Assembly: GCA_013239625.1 (NCBI GenBank)
Contig: MU053606.1
Location: 124,001 to 188,000, forward strand
DNA from: Lama guanicoe
Lineage: Eukaryota
Direction of reading: 5' to 3'
DNA length: 64,000 bases
Below are positions 34,126-47,920 of the stretch, piece by piece (the stretch's first letter is position 1; each line of letters opens with the position of its first letter). Below the pieces are notes generated by a model. The model was not told where the DNA came from and searched no databases. It worked only from the letters and a program-made list of their open reading frames with translations. The position numbers and the translations under genes were made by a program.

Positions 34126-36334
34126 GCACCATTTTTCCTAGTTAATATATGATGCTTGGCTGCTTTCAGTTTCAGTAATTCCATCTTATCTGTGGGCATT
34201 TTTCTTCTGGTGAGCCTGTATGTGGTTTGCACACGTGGTAATAGAGATCTGTATTTGGGAGAACTCCAGGCCTCATGTAGTGCCTGGTAAAAAGTGCCCA
34301 CTAAGCTGATGCTTGAACTGGGAAAAAAGCATAGTAAATGTTGGCATTTCCACTATGGTTGAGACTTCCATGTTTTTATAACCTCTTTAGCCCACCTTAA
34401 TGTTGGCTGCACCCATACTAGGTTATTTGGTGGAACCCCATGGTATGGTGATGTAGAGACAGGGCCTTGTATGCTTCTTCTCTTTCCTTTTTCTAACACT
34501 AATTCTCCTGGGCCTTCCAGATCCTCTCACAGCAGTGCCCAGGGCTGGCTTGGTGCTGCACTCAGGAAATATTTGTTTATATGGCCCTTTCCTCATCTCT
34601 TCTAAGCCTCCATTTCCTTCTCTGCACAATGAGACCATAGACTTGATAAGTCCTTTTCAGTTTCTTTTTAAGCCATGTTTCCTTTGAGAAACAGAAAATG
34701 CAAATCTCTCCTCCCATTCCAACTCTTTAGATTTTGATGCATCCTCCAAGGAGTGACATAGCTCTTTGTGGAAAACTGATGTGATTGTGATTCCAGGTGG
34801 CACAGAAAAGACTCTTCAGAGATTTATTGCAGGGAAAGGGCAGGAAAGGGGCAGTATGTCACACTTTCTAGTGTGAGCACTGGAGCAGGGGCTTGGGTTC
34901 AATACGGTGTCTGATGTGGCCTCTCTCTAATCTTGCACAATGTGATAAACTTCTATCCCTCAGTTTCTTCATGTGTCAAGTTGGGGTGATAGTATTTTAG
35001 GGTTTTTGTGAAACATTATACACGTAATCCATTTGTGTCTCGGTAGAAACAAAAGCTGCTAGGGAGTCAGTGATTTCTTTAAAAAAAAAAAGAAATCTTG
35101 TCCATAGCACTCTGTCGGTATGTATTTTGAAGTTCCTGGAGGGTGAGTGTTGAAACTAAAGTCCATAGTGGGACAGGTGGCCCATGGTTCTCTGTGCCCC
35201 AGGTTGCCCCCTCCTCCCTAGTCCTCTTCCCCTCAGTCCAGGAGGAAGTTCCCTAGTAGGTTTACACAGAGTTCTTGTGGAAATGGCTTTTCATTTTATT
35301 GTTTCACCAAGAAGGGCTGCCATCATGATCTCTGTGGTCAGGTTTTGGTGACCTGAAGTCTATGCAATTGGGTGTTTCTATTCAATAAAAAAGAAAAAAA
35401 ATTACAAATACAAAATTAGACCTAGGGTGGTGACAGGGGCTCTTGGAAGTGGGGACCATTAGCTTTGTTAGCTTCAGGTGCAGTGGCCTCTGGCCACGAG
35501 GACACATCCTCATGCTCTGAAGTTGGAGGGAACAGTGGGTTCAGTGGGAAATTTGAGTGTATCTCTTGTTCTAGGGATTGTCCTATTTATGCTGTGTGTT
35601 CCTTATTTGAGACAGTGAGTTCATTTAACCTCAATAGCCTCTTTAAAAAATTAGACTTTTAATTTTGTGATGTAATGTAAATTCCCATGTAGTTGTAAGA
35701 GATAATATGGAGAGGGCCTATGGACTCTTGGCCCAATTTTCCTTAATGGTTCAACCTTGAAAAATTCGGGTACAATTCATTACTGACTCACTAACCCTTT
35801 GAGGTTTGTGTTTTTGCCCTCATTTCTATTCATGATTAAACTGGGGCTTAGAGAAGCACACAGGCCTGCCCAGGTCCCCCACATGGTTAGTGTAGAGTTG
35901 GGTGAATGTGGGCTTGGGATTTCCAGGCAGTACCAATATGATGGTCTGTGGCAGGGAGAAGCATTCACTTTGCTTGTTTATTCATTCATTCAACAAACAT
36001 TTATTGAGAAACCTCTGTGTGTCAGATGCTTTCATAGGGTTATCAGATTCTTCGCAGTACTGAGAATTAGGTAATGTTTTCTTTTTTTTAATCTGAGAAA
36101 ATTAGCTCTGAGTGGTTATAACCCCCCAAAGGTAATGTAGCTCATAAAGGAGTGATAGTAAATTTGTACAGTCCCCACTTTTTATGCAGGTGGTACCCTA
36201 GGCATTTTACATTTGCAAACTTCCGTAATCCAGATATATTCTTGTAAGGCAAGGATTTTTTTTTAATTGAAGTATAGTCAAGTTTACAATGTTGTGTCAA
36301 TTGCAAGGTGTTTTTTGAATTTTGAATTAAAAAA

Positions 36335-36453
36335 TATTTTTTGAGGAGGGTTATTAGATTTGTTTCATTTTTAAAATGAGGTACTGGGGATTAAACCCAG
36401 GACCTCGTACTTGCTAAGCACATGCTCTACCACTGAACTGTACCCTCCTCCCC
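36335..36453 (-). mobile_element. tRNA-derived SINE, vic-1-like
   Basis: gtactggggattaaacccaggacctcgtacttgctaagcacatgctctaccactgaactgtaccctcc. Confidence 0.85.
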
Positions 36454-36884
36454 AAGGCAAGTTTTCTTATCCATTATTCTACAGCTTAGGAGTTTAAATA
36501 AATTAGAGTTGAAATCCAGATGTTTTGATCCCACTGTGGTTCTTTTCTTTATATTCTGCTTAAAGGGGTGTGGAAAGCAGTTCCTTTGTTCATTTCTTTA
36601 TTCAGCAGTTTTGAGCACTGACTTTGCATCAGGGTCTGGCTAGGTGTTTGGAACAGAAAACAAGAAATGACCCTGCTCTGCAGGGGCTGGAAGCCTAGAC
36701 CAAAAGCTGGGTAATGTGATCCAAGCTATGGTAGCCATGTGCAGACACTGAGGACAAACTGTACCCCCGGCTTTGCTTGGGTTTCCCTTGCCTTCTGGCT
36801 GGTACACACCAGGTCACCGCAACCCAGTGAGGCCCGCAGCCTATAGCAGAGTATGTATCTCGATCTCCTCTCCCCTCTCAGCAG

Positions 36885-37457
36885 GGGCTGCAACATGAGC
36901 ATCCCTGACTACGTGCAGTGCGCTGAGAATGACCAGATTTTCCCTGTGGTGGTCCAAGCCATTGGGATCATCTCAGAGGAGAATTTCTTTTGCATCTATA
37001 AGCGAATCTCATTGGTGAGCCAGATCAGCCCGTGCGGCTCCCAGTGGGCACTCTGTATCCACTACAGGCACCACTATGTACCCGAGAATGGGTGGAGAAA
37101 CTTCCAGACCCACAGCAACGTAGTGGGCCTTGTCACCATTACCGACTGCCTCTCAGCCAAGGCCTTCGTGAAGCTCCACATGCAGAGGAGCTGTATGGCA
37201 CCTCGCTTAATGACTCTCAGCTATTTGTCTTTGTCCTGCATGGGGAGGTAGCCGAGCATATGCTCACCGACGTGGCCCTCAATCTATGAGGACTGCAGGG
37301 TGGTAGAGAAGAGGATCGAGGACTTCACTGAGTCACTCTTCAACATGCTCAAGTCCAAGTGGCTGGATAGGGCCCTCAACAAGTCTGGGAACAAGATGCT
37401 CCACCTCTGCACCTTGTTTGAGAAGAAGGACTTCATGGGACTGGACACTGACAGCAG
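36885..37457 (+). pseudogene. TRAPPC9: TRAPPC9-like first coding exon (exon 2), frameshifted with a premature stop
   Basis: Acceptor ctcccctctcagcag|, ATG at 36895. [38 protein letters not shown]... versus recalled human [38 protein letters not shown]. A -1 shift at ~37185 gives TAG at 37249-37251; homology resumes [19 protein letters not shown]...[14 protein letters not shown]; donor GTAAGT at 37458. Confidence 0.95.
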
Positions 37458-37691
37458 GTAAGTCTACCTGGGGGCCCGTCCACCCTGGCTGTGTGCCAGA
37501 TTGCTTCCCTACATCCAGGAAGGGATCAGCAAGGAAGAGGGCTGTCCTGTAGTGAACGGTGGAGGGAGGTGCAGCCCACTGGTTTACAGACATGTAAAAG
37601 TGAATCCGCCTTTGTTTCAGAGAGATCCTTTTAGGGTTACTGTGGACACTTACTCCCACTTTTCAGCCAGGACCATGGTGGGACCCCTGGA

Positions 37692-38016
37692 GTTGCTGTC
37701 CAATAGAGTAGCCATAGCCACTGATGCTAGGAGCACTGGGGAGGAGGCTGGTCTGAGCTGACATGTGCTGTAGGTCAAATGCACATCAGATGCTGAGACC
37801 TATCTAGTAACAGGAATGCAATCTATCTTGATACTTTCTATATTGATTACATGTCAAAATGATACTATTTTACATACAGTAGAATAAGTAAGATCTGTTC
37901 TTAAAATGGATTTCTAGTATTTGTTTTTTGTTTGTTTCTTTCTTTGTTTACTTTTTAAATGTGGTAACTGGGAAACTTTCTTTACATGGATCTCATTTCA
38001 TTTCTGTTGGGCAGCC
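37692..38016. mobile_element. MER33/MER3-like hAT fossil, followed by an antisense MIR (~38030-38140)
   Basis: gctgtccaataga...tatattgattacatgtcaaaatgatactattt...tttttaaatgtggtaact...tttctgttgggcagc. Confidence 0.7.
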
Positions 38017-41000
38017 TGTCCTGGGACAGTCTCATCACTTTGCTTATAGATGAGATTCTGAATCCCGAGACACAGAACGAGGCGCTGATTGAGCTGGGGC
38101 GGGAGCCAGTGTCTCCTGCTTCCCAGGCCCAGCACCTGCATGGCTCAGGCCGTCTCTTCATGCCCGACAGCCACCATGCCAGGTTAGGACATCAGAAACA
38201 CTGCCAGGGACTTCCGAATGAACTCCTTACATAAGGAAAGGCATGCCACGGAGTATGAGACAGAGCAGGGAAAGGTTCCTACTCACTTTGTCCCTGTGAT
38301 TAGGTCAAACTCCTCAGTTTGCCTCAGAAGTGCAGATGAGCTCTTCTGGGCTGCTTACCCCCCCACCTTCTGCTCTGTTTCCCCGTGTGTCTATCATGCT
38401 GTCCCTCGGGCAGAAGAGGGTGAGATGCCTTTGCTGAGAGGTGGTCCCCCTTTACTGGGGAGAGTGAGGGAACCTGTGTCCCCCCGGCCTATGGCCTTGG
38501 GCCTTGAGTCTGGAGAGCGCTCATGGAGGTCCCACAGGTGACTGTCGGAGGACCTGGCATGTGCAGCCGGGCCCGCTGTGGAGGCTGTGCTCTGTGATTC
38601 TTGAACTAACATAAGATCAGATCCTGCTTTCTGGTTGTTGGTCAGTTGGAGAAGAAGATGCCAGAGAATTGATAAAAAGAAAGTCCAGACCAGCCCTGAG
38701 AGTGAGAGGCACAGGGGACCTGAGTCCCACCTGCATGTGGTGCCTGGTGGGCTCTGGATGAATTTTCAGTTCCCCCCTGGACATTCCTCTATGGCTTAAG
38801 GAAGGGGCAAGGCATGTCGTGGCCATGATCTGTACTTGTCCACACAGGGCCCTGTGATCTACAAGTCCGCACTCCCCTTCTGCTACTTGGAGATGAGGTG
38901 GCAGGTTTAGGAGCCTGGGCACTGCTGAAGGCACAGCTGCCAGCACCAGGCTTCTCCCAGACTGGCTCCATTCACCTCACATGTCACCTTCTGCTGGGCC
39001 CCCACGCGTTAGTCAAGGTAGATGCATCGGTGCAACATAAGCAGGGAACAACTTCTCCCCCTGGACAGACAGGTGGGTGAGCAGTGGAAGCCTGGAGTCC
39101 TGCCCCAGCCCCCAGGCCAGTGCCTCCTCTTTTTTCATAGGAGGCACTGGTGACATTTTTGCTCAGCAACTGCTTGGCTCTGAGTCTGCAGACCCACCAG
39201 AGAATGGCATCTTGTTTTTGCCTTTTGAAGTCTGCTCTTGGGATTTGGCGGAGTAGCTGGATGTGTGATTAGCCCATAGTAGTTGACACTGTCACCATGC
39301 TTTACCCAGAACCTTGTGTACCAGGCATGGCTCTCAGCATCAAAATACAGCAGCGCATTAAACCTCCCTCCTGGTGCATTTGTCTGTTTTGGTACCATAA
39401 GAGCTCAGCCAGCATTTGAACGTCAGTGAGATAACACGGCCAGTGAGCTCGGGTCAAGCAAGTTCTCCTCCAGTCACTTTTACTCCATTGTTGCTTTTAG
39501 TATTCCACAGTCATTAATTTTTTAAACAATGCTTTGGTGCAGGAGCAGAGCCTAATACTCTCCTGTTACTCTTGGTGGGAGTGAGTAAAATTGTCCAGCT
39601 TGAAATGCGACCACATTTGGTAGCTCAAAAGCTGTCTACATGCATCTAGGTGAAGTTTAGGTTTGGGGCGCTGACCACATTGGGGTCCCCCGGCAGTGCC
39701 GCTCCCCTCCGGCCCTTGCCTTCCCTGGAACAGTAGGTGAGGGTGGGTCTCACTGTCACCTCGTCCCTGTCCTCATCACACTCACGTAAATTCTTGTAAA
39801 TGCTGTCAGTTATTTTTGTTCTCATGTGTTTCTAATTTTCGCTGTTCCTCTTTTCCTTTTTCTATTTCCCTTTTTCTCTTGTACCGCCCTGTGAGCATGT
39901 TGTTGGGTCTGAAAAGGTGGGCTGTGCACACCCTGAATTGGAAATAGCCAGATCGTCCTCCATGCTGTCCCCATCAGTTTAAAAAGCAAAAACTTAACAT
40001 TTGCCTTGATCCAGATATTACCATAGTCATCTTTTTATATTCTAGTTTTTTGGAATTTTTGCTTTGTTAGCACATCACCCACTGGTGTTTGACACCTGTT
40101 AAAATCCTTGCTTTGAGGAACCTGTTTTGTCCTCCTTATATTTGGTGACAAATGTGCCCTTATTAATTTTGTTTGATTGTTTTGAAGAAGTGAGATGTGA
40201 ATTGATTTAGGCGGCTGCTGAGGGATTTTTTTCATGGAGTATTTAAACTTGGAAAGTCAAAATCTGCAGCATCTTGCTTGATTCTGGCTTTTACACAAAC
40301 GTGCTCGGCATGCAGTTTCTGGCTGTCGCTGTGTGATGTGCATGACAGCGCTTCCTGGCCGGCAGTCACTGTTAAGGAAGTGGCCGGCTCAGGGGTGAGC
40401 AGCTGCAGGGGATGCTGTTGAAGGAAGCAGTCACCATTTTTTTGTTTCTGTTTTTGTTTTTTTTTTTACATTCACCTTCTCCATGCCATTTACTTTACTT
40501 TACCTTCATAGAGGGGCAGGAGCGGGTCTAAAATCCATGCCACTCTTTTGTTCCCTGTACGAGGCTGGTTTTTCTGAGTATCAGGACAATATGGCCTTCT
40601 CCGAAGTGGCTGGCTCACCTGGATCTGGTGGACAAATGGACCGCTAAAGGGGACCGTAGGTTCCACTCTGCTTCATCGAGTGGGCATTCAGAGCCGGATC
40701 TGTGGTTTGCCTCAGCAGCTGTGCTGCAGGCCTCCCTGTACCGGCCTTTACTTTTAACCCATGTTACCAGTAAGTAGCTGACTCCATGTCTGTTGCAGCT
40801 GACGTCCACCACTGACGGCCGTGTTGTTAGTTTTTGGTAGTGAGACACCAACACCCCAGTCAGCTGTGAAGGAAGATGCTTTGTCCGACCTAGGACCTTG
40901 CATTCTCACCCCTACCATGGTTCATCTCACCCGGCGAAGGGTTTGGCCACCACCATCATGCTGACCATGAGGCCCTGTTTCTCCTTTCATGCTCTGGTTC

Positions 41001-41479
41001 AAATGTCGAAACTGCATTTTTCACTGACTTGGTCTCGCTTGAGACAGGCCAGAATTTCTGAAAGAGTCCATCACATTCTGGGTGGGGAAAAGAACAGAAG
41101 TAAGTGTCGCAAATAGAAGGAGTCTAGGTTGTCCGGGTTGGCAAATGCAGGCTGGGATCTGTGATGGCTGGGCTGTTCCCTGGACACAGGCCTTTCCCGT
41201 GGCTCCCAAGAGCCCAGGGGTCAGAGTGAGAACAGCCTTGCCTGAGTTCGTCCATCCTCATCTGCTCACTGGCAGGTGTATCTGCTAATTAGGAGCTCCC
41301 CCAGACCTCGGGTCCTTCAAAGCTCAGACCACAGATGAACATTGAGTCCCTTCTCCTGGGCCTCCTGTGTGAGAATCCAGTGCCTTCTGAGGTGACCAGC
41401 AGCAGGAGATGCCTCCCCCTCCAGGGAGCACCCTTCGGAGGAGTGTGACTCATTGCACCATTCTGTGAGCTTGTGGGGT

Positions 41480-41900
41480 TACGGCCATGGTCTCTGCAGA
41501 ACCAGACTTGAGATGGGCTTAGCGAGAGAAATAACAGGACTGATTCCAGGGCAGAGCTGGGGGGAGGGAACAGGGGATATTGAATGTGACCTCAAACACC
41601 TAGGTGGGTGATGGTTCTGTTAGTTAAATGGGGAGCCTGGGAGGTATCTGCAAGGAATCGAATTCAAGAGTAAATGGTGGACATGAGGCATTTTTAAGAT
41701 GCCATTTGTCATCCAAGTTAGGACTTCAAAGAGGCACTCGGGTCTATGAGCCTGGGTCTCAAGTGAAGGTGCCGGACTAGAGATACACTTTGGGATTTAT
41801 CCTTCTTAGCTGGTGTTCACAGCCTTACATGTGGGTTAGCTCTTCTCAAGAGGTGCAGACTGAGGCTGAGGGAGGGCAGGGCTGTGCCTTGGTTGGAGGA
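41480..41900 (-). mobile_element. L2 fragment (further antisense L2 pieces at ~43770-44560)
   Basis: ggacatgaggcatttttaagatgcc...catccaagt...ggactagagatacactttggga. Confidence 0.6.
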
Positions 41901-44900
41901 AAAGGAGGAAAGCCAATGTAGCTTTGGTGTGTCAGGCAGCGGTGTTTGGGATTTTCAGAGCAATGCCATTTATCCTTAAGGGGCCAGGTGGTGGGCAGGG
42001 CCAGCCAGGATGAAATCTAAAGGGAGGGTCATGGCCACGTGTGCGTCTTGGGAAGATGCAGAGCCTGCAGGGTCTGGGAGGGGAGACTCCTCAGAAGCTG
42101 GAGTTGGAGTGGGGAGAAGTTAGTCACATTTCTGTGAGGGATGGAAGGAGGCCTAGGGAGTCCCAACCTTACCAGACTCACTTTCCCATGAACAGAAGGC
42201 AATCATACAGAGGGTCTGAGATGAAAAGGGATGGGTGCTGGGAGGGGAGCCAACCTGGAGAATGGTGCTTGGACAGTTCTGGAATAGTCTCCCTGCAACA
42301 TAGAGTTAGAAAAACCCAGACTCTAAAGAATATTGATAGTAACTGGGGAGGAGGCAGTTTTTCTGGCCTCCAAATGGTAAGTCATGTATCCGGGGATACA
42401 CAGAAGAATCGGGCAGTCTCTTGCGGGGGCTTGATCCTTACCAGAGGCAACAGTGCAAGTTTAAAGGGGGAGGAGGGCAGCAGAGGGAAACTAGCCAGGC
42501 CCCATGTCAGGTACCAGTCTGCCATCCTAATTGCGTGTTCCATTCACATCCATGCCTCCCAAGTGGGTGGTGGCAGCCCCCTTTTGCTGATTGGCAAGCC
42601 TTCTCAGAGGGGTTAAGGTATTGGTCCGTTTACCGGCTGGTAAATGCTGGAGCAGGATTCAATCAGGGCCTTGTCAGACTTCAAGGGCATGTTTTCTCTA
42701 CTAATTCCGGTACTTCGAATGTACGTCGAATGGTGAAGTGGGTCAGTTTTGGAGCCTTTCAGAAAAAGTACGATTTAAGTGCCTCAGGACTGTTTCACAA
42801 ATCTCAGTGTTCTTTGTTCGGAAGCAACGCAGTGCTTTACTCCCCACAGATGTCTTACTCCTTTGTCAATGACGTGGTTGTAAATGACGTACAGGTGCAA
42901 AACCAGACTTAGCAGCTTCTGAAGGGAAACTCTCAGTTCTCCCTTGATTGGCTGTCTTCCGCAGGATGTAACTCTGCTGCAGCGTAGGCCTGAGGTTTCC
43001 GTATGGATTGAGGGTTTGATAACCAATGTTAACACAAAACGATCAGATGGAGAAAATCGACATTGGCAATTTATTTTTGGGTTTCATTAGACAAGATGCA
43101 CTATTGGTTAATGGCCCATATAACGTATGAAATTGAGTACAGAACATTGCATTTCTTACTTTCTACTTAGAACTGTCTTCCATTGTATGGTTGTCTGCTT
43201 TGAAAATTCAGCTCAGCCACTAGGGCGCCTTTCAGTGTGTTGGTGTGATTGCATTTACACAGTGCATGTAATCTGGGCTTCCTCATCCCCAGACACTCCA
43301 GTGCAGAATCATGGGCTGTAGCAATCTCTTAGTTATACAAATACTTGTGAAACTATATGATTCTAAAAAAAAAAAAAAAAAGGAGAGAGAGAGATTGCCT
43401 TTATCAAATTTCCTTTGGAATTTAACTGCAAACTGTTGTTGAGCAGCTCTGGCTTGCTTTATACATGAATATATACATTTCTTTGCATGTAACTTGGTTT
43501 TTGGACTAGAACATCAACCTCTTGCTTTCCATGAGCCACAAAAATCATAGCCAAATGAAACATGTATGAAACATTTTATTCTTATTTTCTGAGAAAGAAT
43601 CCTTAAATTTGGGACTTGGGCTCTGATTTTGCTTTTTGCTCTTCCCACCCCTCTTGTCATCTCACTCCTTTTTCCCATGTGGCCTCCAAGATGTCATGGT
43701 CTCAAAGGAGTGGGTGGACAAACACCAGTTGGTTGCCATGGAGTGCTGCTGTAGAGGAAGCCCAGCCAAGAGCTAAAGGACATTATCAGAGAGGACTTCC
43801 TGGAAGAAATGGGCTCTACATTCAGTTCTGAGGACAGAGTAAGAGTCAGCCAGGAGAAGGAGTCAACAAGGTGGCTCAGGTGGCAGGTGCATCCCGGGTA
43901 AAGGCCTGGAGGCTTGTGGGTGGTGACTTGTGGAGAATGCCCTCTGTGGTCCAGGGTGGAGGGTGCCCCTGCTGGGGAGGACACTGGGGAGGGCCTGGGA
44001 GAAGGGCTTTGGAGGAGCTTGGGTTTTACTAAAACTGACACAGGAGACAGTGAAAGGTGTCAGCAGGAAGTGACCCTCAGGAAAGGTACTTCTGGTTTTG
44101 CTTCTGATATTCTACAGACAGAAGGGTCGGGACGGGCGACAGCAAGTATGTCTCTCCCTTTGAGACCCACCCCGTAATTCATTTATTCATAAAATATGCA
44201 CTTCTGAGTGTCTAGGGGAGAGAGGGTGGACCCACGTTAATAAGCAAAATGTATTAGCTTCTTGGGAGCTTAGCAGTGTCAGAAGTTGACTTAGCCTAGA
44301 ATGCTCTAGGAACAAAGGAAAAAAATGTGGAGGTTGGAGGGAGGGAAGGCTTCCTTGAGAAACAGTCAAAATGAGCCTGGAGGCAAGTGGGAAGTAGGAG
44401 CAAGTCAGGGGGCCCCTGAGGTCACTGGGGACCTGGGTACTGAGGTGAGGCTGGGTGAGCAGGTTCAGGGTCAGGGTCAGGGGTGGGGTTAGAACTCTAC
44501 CAGGGAGCCTCTGAAGGGTTTGAAGTGGGGGTTGATGTAATCAAATTTGTGCTTTGGGAAGGCTGCCCTGGCCCTGTGTGTGTGTATGTGTGTGTGTAGT
44601 GGGGAAGAGGGGGAGGTTGCCACCAACTGGCGGGGTCATTAGAAGACCATTCACAGGCTGGGAGGCGACCAGTGGAAGAGGGGCATCGGGGCTGCTTGGG
44701 GACGGCAGGGGAAGTGTGAATGCCGGATTTCCTTATGGGGAGGGCTTGTTAGCGGGGCTGCCCTAGCGGCACCTTGTGGCTGGAAGAAAATAGATGGAGG
44801 CCGCCAAGTGGACTTACCTCTTCTCCCCTTCCCTGCCTTGCCTGATGATCTTAGCTCAGCCAACATTTGGAACAGAAGAGCTAAGTTCCAGGGTAGCCCA

Positions 44901-45748
44901 GGATTTTCTTGCGCTCGTTCGAGTGAGATCTGATAGGACATAAGTTTGTGTCCAGATTTGCATGTTCACTTAGCTAGAAACGTCCCGTCTTTTGGATTTC
45001 CATAGGGGTTTTTATTCTTGATAAAGATTGCTATCTTGGTGAGAGAAAATTTAATACAGCTGTTGTTTTTCTCAAAAAGAAATCATATCTTTTAAGAAAT
45101 TTAGTATTCAAAAGAATCGGAATATTTAAAAACGATAAAGTAAGGTTTTGGTGTAGTTTCTTTGGTTTCTGAGTTAATGTGGAGTTAGAGCCTTTACATT
45201 AATTAATAGCACATCCTTGTCAGTATTTAAAGAGCTGTTAGTGAGAGCCCCAGGCCCCACATCTCAAAGCATCATTAAAGTTTGCTCTGAAATATTGAGG
45301 ACATAAAGGTCTTTTTTGCAGAAGACAAACAGTTGGTTTATAATATGCAGCATAGCTCCCTTTATAAAATAATAATAGGATCAACATTAAGAAAGTGGAA
45401 GAAAATTGATTTCTTTTAAAGCTGAAACTTAAACTTTCTTGTGCTAATGTTGCAACTGGAAACTTTGAAAAGAAAAATCGTACTGTAATATCATCTATGT
45501 GGAATATATATGTGTCTTTCACATTTCAAAAGTAACTGCACAGTGGTTTTTGAAGTCAGGAGCATTCCAGCTCAGATACTGGCAGTTATGGTTGCTGGTT
45601 TTCAATGGGAGAGCCTAAATTTGCCTTCTTAGATTTTTTTTTTTGTGGTGAGAGGGTTGAGTAGTGCTTTGCCAGCATGATTTTGGGGCAATTTGAGGGC
45701 AGATGTCGTGTACCAGCAGTGAGATATTTCCATGCATTTTATTTTCAG

Positions 45749-45870
45749 GACATCACCAGGGCACATGTGGGGTTTGTGCCTGAAGGCTGGAATGCTGCAG
45801 GACTCCCTGATCCATCACCGTTATGTCGTGGAGCTGCTCCAGTCAGTGAATGATTTTCTGTGGCTTGGAG
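45749..45870 (+). pseudogene. TRAPPC9: TRAPPC9-like exon 3, with a 5' internal deletion
   Basis: ttttattttcag| ... [32 protein letters not shown] |gtaagg, versus recalled human [32 protein letters not shown]. Confidence 0.9.
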
Positions 45871-46199
45871 GTAAGGTGGTCTGATGCAGATGATCAGATG
45901 TGTAGTTAAAGTGCAATTACTTGAAATAAGAGAAATGAAGAAACATGGCTCTAAAAATACAGGATGAGGGAGGAAAACTGGCTGAGCTGCTTGCAGTGGG
46001 GTGTCTTCTCAGGTGACTCCCTCACCGTGATTCCTGCCAATATCCGCCACAACCCTGCACGGTAGTCCTGCTGAAGCAAGCATGCACTTTGCTAAGAAAC
46101 GCACTGAATTTCCTTGTGCCTCTGTTGGTTGGCTTTTTTTTTAAAGCACATCTTGCCCTTTGCTTAAATGCCATCCATGCTAGTCACCTCTTACACTCA

Positions 46200-46750
46200 T
46201 TCTTCTGGACCTCGTCTATACATAGCTGCTGAATGGATGAACAGAATGTAGTATCTCCATGTAGTGGAACATTATTCAGACGTAAGAGTGAATAAAAAAG
46301 AAAAAAAAAATAAAGGGGAAGATGAAAAAGGCCACCTGTTCTGGGAACTCCTCCCTGACTGCTCAACCCACCCTTTTCCCTTTGAAACACAATCCCTTAT
46401 GCTCCACTCTACTCTTTTTGATAGTACTTACCACCTTCTAATAAACTTTAACATTTTCAAAAAAAAAAAAAGAGAGATGCTGATACCACTTCAACATGGA
46501 CGAGCCTTGATAACAGCATGTTAAGTGAAGGGAACCAGACACAATTGGCCACATATTGTTGATTTCAGTGATCTGAAATGCCCAGAATAGGCACATGCAG
46601 AGGCAGAGAGCAGGTGATGGTTGCAAGGGGCTGGGTGGAGGGGGGTTAAGGAGTGACTGCTAGTGACAGCGGATTTCTCCCGGGGTGATGAAGTGTTCTG
46701 GAAAAAGATGGTGGTGAGAGCTGCACAAAAGTGAGTGTGCAGAAGACTGC
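46200..46750 (+). mobile_element. Old L1 (L1MB/MC-type) 3' fragments, interrupted
   Basis: gaatggatgaacagaatgtagtatctccatgtagtggaacattattcag; caacatggacgagccttga...atgttaagtgaag; ggggtgatgaagtgttctgga. Confidence 0.7.
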
Positions 46751-47837
46751 TGAGCGCTGTCTCTGGGAGTGCCTGTTGTTGGGGTGGCTTTATTTTGTTC
46801 TCACCCTGCAATGTGAAGAGTCATCTTCTGCTATGGCTGTTCTACTCCTGTGAGTGTTGAGGCTCAGAGACTTTGCAGGGTCATGTTTCTTTTTTCCCTC
46901 TTGCTAAGTGTAGGCAAAAAAGGTTTAAGCCTGAGAAAGTGCTCCATCTGCAGGAGTTTCTTTCCATTTTGCATGGTGTAAAAATCTTGAGAGCTTTTTA
47001 ATTGTTGAGGACAGCCTGTGAGGGGAAATAGCCCGTGAAGCCTGGGTGAGAACTGGAAGAGCCGCGCTTCCCTCCTTGACACGGGGGGGGGGATTTCACC
47101 CCCATTCAGGCAGTGAAGGGCCCAGACCCATGAACGGAGTTGACAGTCATGAATATTTACGGGTATCCACTGCTTCATCTTGGATATTAATTACAAGCTG
47201 AGTCAGTTTGTGGCAGCAGCCTCATCCTACATCAGGAATTTATAGTATCTGCTCTTTGAGGTGAAGACCTGACAGACTTGATTATTTAACAGTCTCCCTT
47301 GAATTGATATCACAGATTCCTTTGTCAAAAGCAAAACAGCAGAAATACAGACGTCCTTTAATGCCAATATGACCTGGAGCAGGTTTAGTTTCTGTGTCTC
47401 AGTGGCCTTATCTGTGGGTGGGGAAGATGATAACAGTGCTTCCCTCAGAGGGGCTGGTGAGGGGAGAGTGAGAAGCACAAATGGAGGACTTACACGAGAT
47501 GCTCATAAATGACCGAATTTAGTGCTCTCAGCCTGGTGAGACCTCAGGGGCAGAGATGTCAGAACAGAGTAGTCCTAGCCGGAGCTCAATCCTTGTTGGC
47601 AGCTGTTATGATCAGTATCACCACTGTGGGTTATCAGGTAGTTTTAAGACTTGGTAATATGAATTCATGAACAATGTTAGAAGACTAGACATCTCAGATC
47701 CAGTTTACATAGTTCTCAAGATTTCCTCTGAGAAATGGATGTTTTATTCCCCATCTTAAATCTGAGTTTAGTCTCTAAGAAAATTCTGTATTCCTCTAAC
47801 TTTTTGCTTTAATTCTTCATTTCTTAAAAAATAGTTT

Positions 47838-47920
47838 TAAATGGAGTTACTGGGGAGTGAACTGAGGGCCTCATGCATGCTGAGCACATACTCTCCCAAA
47901 TGAGGTATAATCTGCCCCCT
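47838..47920 (-). mobile_element. tRNA-derived SINE, vic-1-like, diverged
   Basis: tactggggagtgaactgagggcctcatgcatgctgagcacatactctccc. Confidence 0.7.
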
